From a virus (Duplodnaviria > Heunggongvirae > Uroviricota > Caudoviricetes), in the IMG/VR virus record IMGVR_UViG_3300049216_000317, positions 1 to 20,960 of that record: a stretch of 20,960 nt of DNA. One strand, given 5' to 3'. Positions 6,527 through 14,892 of the stretch are shown here, one piece after another. The position numbers and the translations under genes were made by a program. The notes beneath the pieces were generated by a model. The model was not told where the DNA came from. It did no database searches and saw nothing but the letters and a program-made list of their open reading frames with translations. The first letter of the stretch is position 1. Each line of letters starts with the position of its first letter.

Positions 6527-7015
6527 TCAGCCCTTCTTGATTTCTTCTTCTTTTTCTTTTTGACGACGGGCTAGAGCTTCTTCAGCGGCCTTTTTAGCGC
6601 GCTCCACGGCCTCTATACGACGTTGCTCAAGAACCTTCTTGTACTTGAGTTCAGATTGAATTGCGGCCTCTAAAACCTGGGCTACGATGTTGTCATCCTC
6701 AATGTCTCCTGCAAAACCAGAAGTGGTTGAGTTCCAAAAAGGGGGGGCCTCAATAATTCGCTGTTTAAGTTGAGTTAAGCAGTAAGTCACAAAAGTGATG
6801 TGCTCATCCGCCATGGTGATGTTCTGACCTAAAAGTTCACGATATTCGCGATTGGCTGCAATCTGTTGCAAAGGAGTCAGGTAGCATCTGAACTTGAAGA
6901 GTCCAGTATAAAGGCCTTTGATCGGACCATGCTGCGAAATCATCCAAGTCGAAGTTCCATCAACGTTGATCGTGATGTCTGGACGTTCGTCTTCAATCTT
7001 TTTCTTTTTTGCCAC
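6527..7015 (-). CDS. putative tail assembly chaperone-like protein (first of a pair)
   Basis: GAGGT SD and GTG start; GLFKF...QQIA...LKQRIIEAPPFW pattern recalls myovirus tail chaperones; C-terminal coiled coil. Confidence 0.55.
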   Translation of the reverse strand: MAKKKKIEDERPDITINVDGTSTWMISQHGPIKGLYTGLFKFRCYLTPLQQIAANREYRELLGQNITMADEHITFVTYCLTQLKQRIIEAPPFWNSTTSGFAGDIEDDNIVAQVLEAAIQSELKYKKVLEQRRIEAVERAKKAAEEALARRQKEKEEEIKKG

Positions 7016-7100
7016 GCTTACCTCTTAAACTTCTATCACGTCGCTGAACTTTAGTTTTTGGTGCAAAGGGAAAATCAGGGATTGATCTATTTTTGACGCA

Positions 7101-7165
7101 GGACTGACATTCAATGTACTAGACTCAACTGTACTCTACTCTGATCGACTGAACTCGCTTCTACT
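7101..7165. repeat. 13 in-phase pentamers, NNACT consensus
   Basis: GGACT GACAT TCAAT GTACT AGACT CAACT GTACT CTACT CTGAT CGACT GAACT CGCTT CTACT: all 13 end in T and 9 end in ACT. Confidence 0.8.
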
Positions 7166-7301
7166 GAAGCTATATCATATCTTTTTGATCGTAATTTTTG
7201 ATCTAAGAGCGAATTAGGCTTTTATTTCTTTGCTGAAATATAAAAATATGGCAAAACGCGATAGATTTCATCTATTTACAATTTTGCAAATTATTTTCAG
7301 A

Positions 7302-7682
7302 TTATTTTACGTGAGCGATGAATTCGCCGATAACTTTCCAAGCAGCAATAAACGCTTCGGAAGTAATGATCGTGATCATCAGTAAGGCGAGTTTCCAATA
7401 GGCGACGATGAATAACGATTGCTTTTCAAGCGGACGAAAGCGGTTTTCATAGACTTCGACCGATTTTTTACGATCTTCTTTGATTTCTTTGACCACTTCT
7501 TCGAGGAGTTCGGTCCTGCGAATGTGCTCTTCAAGGCTGATCGTATTTTGGGTGAGAACTTTGGACATGGCTTTTTGCTCGTCCGTGATTTCCTTTTGGT
7601 CCTCACGCACGCCTTTAACCTCATCCAAGATGTGCTTAAGCCAGTCTTTCCACTCTGTGTTGCTGTCGTTCGGTCTGCTCAT
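7302..7682 (-). CDS. coiled-coil protein with C-terminal membrane anchor, holin-like/XhlA-like
   Basis: Heptad coiled coil (LTQNTISLEEHIRRTELLE) followed by a hydrophobic segment LFIVAYWKLALLMITIIT. Confidence 0.6.
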   Translation of the reverse strand: MSRPNDSNTEWKDWLKHILDEVKGVREDQKEITDEQKAMSKVLTQNTISLEEHIRRTELLEEVVKEIKEDRKKSVEVYENRFRPLEKQSLFIVAYWKLALLMITIITSEAFIAAWKVIGEFIAHVK

Positions 7683-7785
7683 TGATCATCTCTAAATTCT
7701 TAGCCAGCTGCGTCTACAATTAAGATTGCCGGATAGCCCTGATTCCGCTGTTTTCCTCTATGATATAAAGGTTTTAGAGGTACAC

Positions 7786-7980
7786 ATGAAAATCAGGGGC
7801 GCAATCTCTGCATTTCGAAAAAAGTTAAGTGAATTTGAAGCTTCGGTGCTTTGCAGGTCGGGGAGCGGAGAAATCCTATCCCCTTTGGACGCAGTCACGT
7901 TCTGCATTGTTTTTTACCACGTCAAACTCTCTGTTTGGCTCCAGAAGGCGCGCAAAAAGAGTTCAGGACCCGACGTTTAG
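7786..7980 (+). CDS. possible small antisense-oriented protein (64 aa)
   Basis: AGAGGT SD 5 nt before ATG 7786; fills the gap between two - strand genes; hydrophobic patch followed by a basic tail. Confidence 0.35.
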   Translation: MKIRGAISAFRKKLSEFEASVLCRSGSGEILSPLDAVTFCIVFYHVKLSVWLQKARKKSSGPDV

Positions 7981-8484
7981 GTCTTTAGGCAGCTGCGATA
8001 CGATCGCCAGCATGTTCTTTGGCGTCGCATTGGCCAAGTCGAATAAAATGTTCTTTTGGCTTAAATCGTCCAGAGCCGCGGCCACAAAGACAGAGCATAC
8101 AAACCCGGTGTTATCGCTGAATGGATTGTTAATTGATACCCCGAAATAGGAAAGGATCTGGACGATAGCCAAGCCTAAAACTTCTTTTAAGCTATAAGCC
8201 TTCCCCATGTTGTCCATGACGAATTTCTTCATTTTTTCAAATGCCGCATCGGAAATCGTAAAATCATATTCGTGAATGACCTTTTCCTGCGAGAGAAAAA
8301 CCTGTTCAGTCATCAGGTTTACCAAATCATGACTTGCTTGGTAATAGACCCATTCCTGAATTTCATCATCGAAGGCTTTGATGTAGACGTGTGAAAAGTC
8401 CACGTTTTCTGCCGCCATGATGATCCAAGAGAAAATTGGTAAAGCCATTGTGGATCTGGAAAAGCCGACTACGATTTGTTTCAT
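7963..8484 (-). CDS. permuted papain-like amidase (YiiX/YaeF-like, permuted NlpC/P60)
   Basis: FSHVYI (His) precedes MGKAYS and FVCSVFV (Cys), the permuted catalytic order. Confidence 0.75.
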   Translation of the reverse strand: MKQIVVGFSRSTMALPIFSWIIMAAENVDFSHVYIKAFDDEIQEWVYYQASHDLVNLMTEQVFLSQEKVIHEYDFTISDAAFEKMKKFVMDNMGKAYSLKEVLGLAIVQILSYFGVSINNPFSDNTGFVCSVFVAAALDDLSQKNILFDLANATPKNMLAIVSQLPKDLNVGS

Positions 8485-8978
8485 GAGTTATTTTCTGCCG
8501 CCAAATAAGCCTGCATCTGCTGCACATAGCTATTGATCGTGGCTTGCGGTAAAAGAGTCGAGGGTGTCATATTTTGGATTGCAGCTAAGGCCGTCGTGAT
8601 TGAGCCAGACAAAAGTAGCGATTGCAGCGGAGCGAGTTGTTGAGAAATCTGAATGATCTGCGTTGTGCTGAGATTGGCCGATCGATTCGCTGCTCCGAAC
8701 TGAGCGATCAGATCCAGTCCGAACTGAATATCTTTATACATTTTGTTAATTTGAACGGTCGAATTCGGCAGGGCATCAACGTAAGAGGCCATTAGCGAAG
8801 TTAAAGTCGTTTGATCTTCATCTGAAAGAACGTCGGAAAACCAAAGTAAAACTGTTCCATCCCCTGGGATTTCGATATAAGCGAGTGAAGGTGCGATTGT
8901 GCTGCTTTGGATCGCAAGAGTAAGAACGTCTGGATGGTCGATTTTTTGTGTGAATGAATAGCTGGTTTGTGTTGCCAT
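8481..8978 (-). CDS. putative virion/fibre-associated protein
   Basis: Coupled to the fibre-like gene upstream (1-nt overlap) and to the amidase gene downstream (ATGA overlap). Confidence 0.7.
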   Translation of the reverse strand: MATQTSYSFTQKIDHPDVLTLAIQSSTIAPSLAYIEIPGDGTVLLWFSDVLSDEDQTTLTSLMASYVDALPNSTVQINKMYKDIQFGLDLIAQFGAANRSANLSTTQIIQISQQLAPLQSLLLSGSITTALAAIQNMTPSTLLPQATINSYVQQMQAYLAAENNS

Positions 8979-10567
8979 TATGCGAGCCTCACGACGTCGA
9001 AATTTAAGCCGGTGACTGTGATCGTACCGGCACTTGACACGGCTTCAGCTGCGATTGCTTGGCTGCCATTCACGGTGACAATTTTATTGAATGCTACGTT
9101 CATGTTTTGAAAAGCGGCGCCAAAAGCTGTTCCCGTTGGCATTGCTTGTCTTTTGGTGTCTGCGACTGCGGTTCCACCAACATACAATTGGAAGGTAAGA
9201 ATATTACCACCTGCGCTTGAAGCGGTGATATTGGCACTGCCGATGACGAGATAGGTTCCTGCGGCTGGCGTGACGGTTGCTCCGCCAATTACCGCAAGTG
9301 TTGTGCTTACCGTAATAGCAGAAGAACTGCTAAGATCGTAGTTTGCGACCCCGTATGTTAAAACCTGCCCCGACGTAATAGTTAATGGAGCTCCGGAAGC
9401 AGAGGCTGGAATTCCAGTATCGGTCAGATTTATTGCGGTTAGCCCGTTGGTCGTCGCTTGCGCGGTGACGTTATTATAACCACCGACCGAGAAGACAATA
9501 GGATCTGTACCACCGCTTGCATTGTTGACGTCGCTTGCAAGCCATAGCGCGTTTGTGCCAGACAATCGAGTGGCATTGCTTAGGTAAGAAGCAACAAAAT
9601 TATTGGCAAAAATCGTTAGGGCGCCGCTTGCACCGTTTTGATTAGTTACGCTGTAAAGCGCACTGGCTGATGTGCTTGCGTTTGAATTAGTGAGATTTGC
9701 TGTGATCGTTCCAGCTGCATTTTGCACCATTTGGAGCAAACTCGTCGGCGTTGCGGTTCCAATCCCGAGCCTGAAATTGGTATTGTCCCAGAAAAGGTTT
9801 GAATTGTTTTGAGTTAGAGCCGAACCATTTGAGAAAATGACTGATCCTGCGGTGTAAGCAGCAGAATTGTTAGTTCCCCCGTTAGCAATTGGAAGAATAC
9901 CTGAAACGTCAGTGGTTGCTGTTAATACGATTGGACCGTTGGACAAAAGGCCAGCAGCGCTTGAACGAACAGGCGAAGCGCTAGTCAGTCCGTTGATCGT
10001 AACGCCACCGTTTTGGTCAATAGTCAGGCGAGGAGAGGATGCTCCAACTGTTCCGCTTGGTCGCGTAAAAAACTGTAGCATTGCGGCGCCAGTCGAATCA
10101 GAGAAGTTCTCTGCGGCCATTGAAACGATCTTCGATGCGCCTAAAGCTTGATAAGCAGTAGCACCATAGCCGTAGAAAACGTATTGACCTAAAATATCTC
10201 CACTTTGAACCGCTGATGGAGAAGCGTTAGTTCCATCGGCGCGACGTAAAACCTGTTGCGGGACACCTCCGAATGCATCGTAAAGAACTGTGTTCGGTAC
10301 TCCATCAAGGGAGCCTGTGTGAATTGTATTGTAGCTGCCAGCAATTGCGGCGGGCAGTGTGGTTGCGTTGCCGCTAATCGTAAGAGAAGAATCGGGAAGA
10401 TTAGTTCCAATTCCCAACCGATAATTCACATCGTCCCAAAACAAATGAGTATTGTCTTGAGTTAAAGCTGTGCCTGTTCCCTGAAAAACAATCGATCCAG
10501 TGGTGAAATTGCTGAAAAGAGATTGAATCGTTTGGGTTGAAGAGAAGTAGCCACTTGAATTTGGCAT
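8978..10567 (-). CDS. tail fibre / receptor-binding-like protein
   Basis: G/A/S/T-rich; two copies of GS(I/V)(V/I)F...LTQ.N..LFWD..N.RLGIGT..P; beta-sandwich-like C-terminus (TVTPAAGTYLVIGSA). Confidence 0.7.
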   Translation of the reverse strand: MPNSSGYFSSTQTIQSLFSNFTTGSIVFQGTGTALTQDNTHLFWDDVNYRLGIGTNLPDSSLTISGNATTLPAAIAGSYNTIHTGSLDGVPNTVLYDAFGGVPQQVLRRADGTNASPSAVQSGDILGQYVFYGYGATAYQALGASKIVSMAAENFSDSTGAAMLQFFTRPSGTVGASSPRLTIDQNGGVTINGLTSASPVRSSAAGLLSNGPIVLTATTDVSGILPIANGGTNNSAAYTAGSVIFSNGSALTQNNSNLFWDNTNFRLGIGTATPTSLLQMVQNAAGTITANLTNSNASTSASALYSVTNQNGASGALTIFANNFVASYLSNATRLSGTNALWLASDVNNASGGTDPIVFSVGGYNNVTAQATTNGLTAINLTDTGIPASASGAPLTITSGQVLTYGVANYDLSSSSAITVSTTLAVIGGATVTPAAGTYLVIGSANITASSAGGNILTFQLYVGGTAVADTKRQAMPTGTAFGAAFQNMNVAFNKIVTVNGSQAIAAEAVSSAGTITVTGLNFDVVRLA

Positions 10568-10569
10568 AG

Positions 10570-10980
10570 TTAACTTCCTTCAAAAATATTTACGGTCGTG
10601 CTTGCCGCTGCAATTAAATAAGGTGTGACGTTTGCCGAAAAAGCAAACGAGATGACTTGGCCAGGATAAATTGGGAATCCATTGGAAACTGTCACCGAAC
10701 TCGATGCGCCTAAATAGACAATGCCGCCCGCAGGTGCAGGAGAAATCATCAGCATTTTGCGATTGGCCAAATTGGCGGAACTCACACGCGCAGCAATAGC
10801 AGTCGTGGAAACTGTGATGCTTCCACTGCTAATCGCGTTTTGAATTGTATCGACGGCATACATGTTACCGTCGCCGTCAGCATTGACATAGTTTCCATTC
10901 GGAACGCCGGTAGAATTTAGACCTGCGATTCCCGATGGCTGTTCTTGTATTTGCTGACGATCAGTTCCTGGAATCGCCAT
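10570..10980 (-). CDS. putative virion appendage/decoration protein (starts MAIPGTD)
   Basis: Beta-rich; inside the structural operon. Confidence 0.7.
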   Translation of the reverse strand: MAIPGTDRQQIQEQPSGIAGLNSTGVPNGNYVNADGDGNMYAVDTIQNAISSGSITVSTTAIAARVSSANLANRKMLMISPAPAGGIVYLGASSSVTVSNGFPIYPGQVISFAFSANVTPYLIAAASTTVNIFEGS

Positions 10981-10988
10981 TTATATCC

Positions 10989-12314
10989 TTAGTTTTCAGT
11001 TCCCGAAATCGTCGATGAGATACCGAAGGTTTGACCAACTTCTTCGTTGTAACGGATAATCTGGACAGCAGCGCCAGTTCCGGAATCTGAAACAGCGAAT
11101 TCGTTCATATCGATCGAAATGTTAGGATTTACGGTCGAGTTATATCCGGTGAAGACGGTTGTGAATGTCGAACCGTTGGTAGAAACCTGAACATCAATAC
11201 GAATGCGTCCGGAAGCAGCAGCCCAAAACTTTTTAATATTAAACGTTTTGCCCGAAGTGATCGTGTAAAGATGGGTATCAGACGCACCATAGGCTAAATT
11301 CGTAGTCGACATGAAATAGTTGTTAACTGGATTTCCAGGCAACGACGAAGAAAGAATCACGGGAACAGGATTGGTTACGCTGACAGGAGCACTTGCAACT
11401 TGTAAGTTTGCAAGGACTGAACCGATTGCGTTGGTTCCAGCAGGCAATGGACTATTTGGAGAAAGAGCGACTACAGCTGAGGTATCGGTAGCAGCCGCAG
11501 CAGTAGAAGCTGACTTGATCGTAAGAGTATTGGTCGAAGTTGCGGAAGATCCATCAACAAGCTTAATTGCATTGGCAACATAAACGCTCGAAGGATTAAG
11601 CGATTCGATAACCTTAATCGTCGCGCTTCCAGTCATGGCGGCAGTCGAACGAATACGGAAAGTCGTTTTTGCTGCGGCGTTTAGAGATCCAATTGCGTTT
11701 GAAGTAAAGCTAGCAATGAAAAGTGGCGTTCCAATCAAGTGGATCGCATGGGTAATCCAGGTCGTACCACCATCAACTGAGATTTCCGATTGCAACGTAC
11801 CAGTCCAAGTTCCGGTAATTTCGACCATCAAGGTCTCTTGCGAGGCCAAGGTAAAGACCGCTGCTGAGCCAGCCGTTGGAGTTCCAGTGACGAAAGTCTG
11901 CGTTCCAGAAACTGTTGAAGTCGAAGCAATATCTTGAGTCGTAACGCTTAAGGTAGAAGGAAGGGTATCTCCCACACTTGCGGTATAAAGAACGCCGCTT
12001 GCGTTTAGTTGTGGGCTAGCAAATGTGCCGCTGCTGAGTGTAGGTAGAGCACTGTTGTATTGACCGACCGCTCTAGGATCAATTTGAACCCCAGCTACGT
12101 TGATGCCAATATCTAATGCGCGCTGAGTACCGTTAACTTGTGATGTAACTAGGTTACCACTACCATCATCTAGTTTGATGGTAATACGTCCTGAAGTATC
12201 AACGCCTAATCCCTGGGAAGGGGTTGTTGCGTCGACAATTTTAGCGGCGACATCGCCGGGGCTAATTGTTCTTACGCCTTGACCTTGTGCTGAGTCAGTT
12301 CCTGGGATTGCCAT
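10989..12314 (-). CDS. putative virion appendage protein (starts MAIPGTD)
   Basis: S/T/A/G-rich, beta-rich modules; GGA SD; inside the structural operon. Confidence 0.75.
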   Translation of the reverse strand: MAIPGTDSAQGQGVRTISPGDVAAKIVDATTPSQGLGVDTSGRITIKLDDGSGNLVTSQVNGTQRALDIGINVAGVQIDPRAVGQYNSALPTLSSGTFASPQLNASGVLYTASVGDTLPSTLSVTTQDIASTSTVSGTQTFVTGTPTAGSAAVFTLASQETLMVEITGTWTGTLQSEISVDGGTTWITHAIHLIGTPLFIASFTSNAIGSLNAAAKTTFRIRSTAAMTGSATIKVIESLNPSSVYVANAIKLVDGSSATSTNTLTIKSASTAAAATDTSAVVALSPNSPLPAGTNAIGSVLANLQVASAPVSVTNPVPVILSSSLPGNPVNNYFMSTTNLAYGASDTHLYTITSGKTFNIKKFWAAASGRIRIDVQVSTNGSTFTTVFTGYNSTVNPNISIDMNEFAVSDSGTGAAVQIIRYNEEVGQTFGISSTISGTEN

Positions 12315-12523
12315 TATTTATTTCCTTTTTCTTTAAGTTCTTTTTCCATCTCGGCAACCTTTTCGGAAACCTCGGCTTCTTGTTTCAATTGCAGTTCAAG
12401 CGTTGGCTTGAGCCGTTCCGCATTGTCCAAGAATTCCTCAATGCGGAATTCCGTCTGAGCGCGCCCAGTCGCAATTTGCATGAGTTGCAGTTTTAAACGT
12501 TTCAGTTCCAATGCATTCGACAT
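12314..12523 (-). CDS. small coiled-coil protein
   Basis: Heptad pattern; 1-nt overlap with the next gene. Confidence 0.7.
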   Translation of the reverse strand: MSNALELKRLKLQLMQIATGRAQTEFRIEEFLDNAERLKPTLELQLKQEAEVSEKVAEMEKELKEKGNK

Positions 12524-12554
12524 TAAAGATTCCTTCGATACTTTTAAGATTGGC

Positions 12555-13439
12555 TTAGGTGGAAAGCTGACTTACCTGGATTCTGGCTTCAAATTCAGCC
12601 GAAGAACCTGATGGCGAGTTGTTCAAAACAATGACCGTAACGATGTCGTTTGGGTTTAGTGGATAGCCACCATTTGATTGATCCGTCATAAAGTTGAAGA
12701 CCGTATTGAGAGATCCCCAATAGGTTCTTTGGGTTTCAATCGTGTTTCCGTTCACTTTCACGTCGTAACGGGCCAAATTCTCGCCAGAAACGGCAATTCT
12801 CTGCAAATTTGCAGAAGTTATACTTCCTGGAACGGAATAAGTGATAATTGTGGCGCTCGTCCCTGATGGAACGGCTGCTGCGACAGCATAGAAATTGTTA
12901 ATCGTATTAAGGGCGCTTCCGCCATCTAATACGACGTTAATTGAACCGTCAGCATTTGGTTCAATGGTGTTTCCATTAGTTCCCTGGACCGTGACGTCAC
13001 CGATGCTGACGCTGCCAGAGAACTGAATTGGAATGGGGTGAGTTTCGGTATATTTGTCCCCGTGCTCATCGACGAGGATGACTCGGTCAGCGGCGATTGG
13101 ATCACCCTCATAGACCGCCATATAATGGTCTTTATCAGGCACATTGGATTTGTCTTGCTCACCAGCAGAGATTTGAGAATTATTCGCTAGCGTGAAAGAA
13201 GAGACATCGACGCCAAAATTGCGTCCAACTTTTTGATCGACTAGACCTAAGACGAGTTGGGTATCACTAAGAACCCACTTTACTTGAAATTGCTGAGGAG
13301 TAAGATTTTGCCCTGTAAGGGCTACGACTTGCTTGACGTAGAATCCGGCAGTGTCGGCGAGCGTGACTACTCCGAGCGTACTGCCATTTTGCGTAAAACT
13401 AACGGGCGCTACTGCTGCCCATTTTCTTTCGAACGCCAA
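12555..13439 (-). CDS. putative virion structural protein (TTG start)
   Basis: AAAGGA SD before TTG; beta-rich C-terminal domain. Confidence 0.75.
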   Translation of the reverse strand: MAFERKWAAVAPVSFTQNGSTLGVVTLADTAGFYVKQVVALTGQNLTPQQFQVKWVLSDTQLVLGLVDQKVGRNFGVDVSSFTLANNSQISAGEQDKSNVPDKDHYMAVYEGDPIAADRVILVDEHGDKYTETHPIPIQFSGSVSIGDVTVQGTNGNTIEPNADGSINVVLDGGSALNTINNFYAVAAAVPSGTSATIITYSVPGSITSANLQRIAVSGENLARYDVKVNGNTIETQRTYWGSLNTVFNFMTDQSNGGYPLNPNDIVTVIVLNNSPSGSSAEFEARIQVSQLST

Positions 13440-13512
13440 GCTATATCCTTTGATTGTCGCCCATGCGACGGCCCCTTAGCCGATCTAGGGGACAACCTAA
13501 AGATTGCTTTGA

Positions 13513-14328
13513 TTAATCTTGATCTGGATCGGGATCTGAATCCGATTTTTTAATAGGAGCAAACCAACATAAAGGGCGGGAGCCTTCGGAATATGTCTTT
13601 TTGGTTGGATATTGGTAGCAGCTATTTACTTTCGGATTAGCATCTGACATCAAACCGATAGAGATCGGGCATGTCATAGCCGACATATAAGTATCAAACC
13701 GGCATTGTGCGGCAGGATGATCTTCATAGACTTTTTTAACGACGCTTTTGTCTTGGGTGGCAACAGAAGGATTTGCACTACCTTCCAACGAAGCAAGAGT
13801 ATTAGACAGAACCTGAATAGCTGCTGCTTGGTTTTGTGGATCAAGACGCTTCATGCAAATAAGTTCCGACCAATAATCGGCTTCTCCTTCTACGGCAGGT
13901 CCCCCGCCTCCCCATGCTGTTTGATCGGAGAATAAGGGCGCTCCTCCCATGTGATGACCAAGTTCATGGCAGGCAACGGCGAGGTAGCCTGACGGAGTCA
14001 TGCCTGCGTAACGTGCGAGTCCACCATAAGAATTGATGACCCAGTTTTTTCCTTCGGTATCTGTGTCCGAATTGACCGTATCATCTGACCAAAGACGGTT
14101 GATGACAAGATGATAGCCCATCGCTTCAACTTCGGGACCATACGCTTTAACAAGAATATCAAGCTCTGCATTGAACTGATCTTCGGAGATTCCCGTTGTG
14201 TCGGTCGACATAAGAACACGATTAAAAGAAGACTCGGATTGCTCAGGAAAGCAGGAAGCGTAGGTTTGAGTCGAGAAGGCGAAGCAAGAGAAAAGAAGAG
14301 CTAAAAGAAGAGCTAAAAGATATTTCAG
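13513..14328 (-). CDS. secreted zinc metallopeptidase-like protein (HExxH), probable CTG start with signal peptide
   Basis: CHELGHH zinc motif plus EGEADY. The frame is open 39 codons upstream of ATG 14211, giving (M)KYLLALLLALLFSCFAFSTQTYA-SCF; GGGGG lies 5 nt before CTG 14328 and an in-frame TAA lies shortly upstream. Confidence 0.75.
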   Translation of the reverse strand: MKYLLALLLALLFSCFAFSTQTYASCFPEQSESSFNRVLMSTDTTGISEDQFNAELDILVKAYGPEVEAMGYHLVINRLWSDDTVNSDTDTEGKNWVINSYGGLARYAGMTPSGYLAVACHELGHHMGGAPLFSDQTAWGGGGPAVEGEADYWSELICMKRLDPQNQAAAIQVLSNTLASLEGSANPSVATQDKSVVKKVYEDHPAAQCRFDTYMSAMTCPISIGLMSDANPKVNSCYQYPTKKTYSEGSRPLCWFAPIKKSDSDPDPDQD

Positions 14329-14370
14329 AAAAACCCCCGATGTATATGACTTTCCTTAAAGATTCGGGGA

Positions 14371-14400
14371 AATAAAAAAGGGACCCAAAGAGTCCCTTTT
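14371..14400 (-). terminator. intrinsic terminator after the tail tube gene
   Basis: On the - strand: AAAAGGGAC-TCTTTGG-GTCCCTTTT followed by TTATTT. Confidence 0.8.
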
Positions 14401-14426
14401 AGCGATCATAAATTTTCTGGATCTTG

Positions 14427-14879
14427 TTACGGGAGCGAAACTCCGTCGCCTTCTGCTTGCGCACCTGACTCATCAGACATTATGGTTCCGATATAATTCA
14501 CGGTGACTTTTGAGGTCGCTCTCGCGTTGACTCCGCCATTATCGCCATTCGGAACGACACCAATCAAAGTCATGATTGTGCTGCCAGATTGACGGTCGAC
14601 GACTGTCAAGGTGAGTGCTTCAAAATTCAGAAGATCTTGGACCATTGGAACTGCGGGCAAGACGTGAACGCCCTGGCCAACGACGCGGAAACCTGAGCAA
14701 GAAACCGTGATAGCTTCTGAACTGGTGATCGCGATTTCATCGGGTGAGTAGCGACCCAGCAAATGAATCGCTTCTGTTCCGTATGAACGGTTCCAAGTGC
14801 AGGATTCGAAAATCCCCACCAAGTTATTGTTCACGTAAACTTTCGCTCGCGCGCCTGTAAGTGTTTTAGCTGCTGCCAT
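14427..14879 (-). CDS. tail tube protein
   Basis: 150 aa, beta-rich, directly downstream of the sheath; TGARAKVYVN...LGRYSPDEI pattern typical of myovirus tubes. Confidence 0.85.
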   Translation of the reverse strand: MAAAKTLTGARAKVYVNNNLVGIFESCTWNRSYGTEAIHLLGRYSPDEIAITSSEAITVSCSGFRVVGQGVHVLPAVPMVQDLLNFEALTLTVVDRQSGSTIMTLIGVVPNGDNGGVNARATSKVTVNYIGTIMSDESGAQAEGDGVSLP

Positions 14880-14892
14880 TGTTAACTCCTAA

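Noticed and set aside
6521-6535. Lambda G/GT-type frameshift between the chaperone-like genes
   Set aside because: Both genes are in the same frame, separated by TGA-TAA, and no in-frame slippery heptamer is present near the junction.
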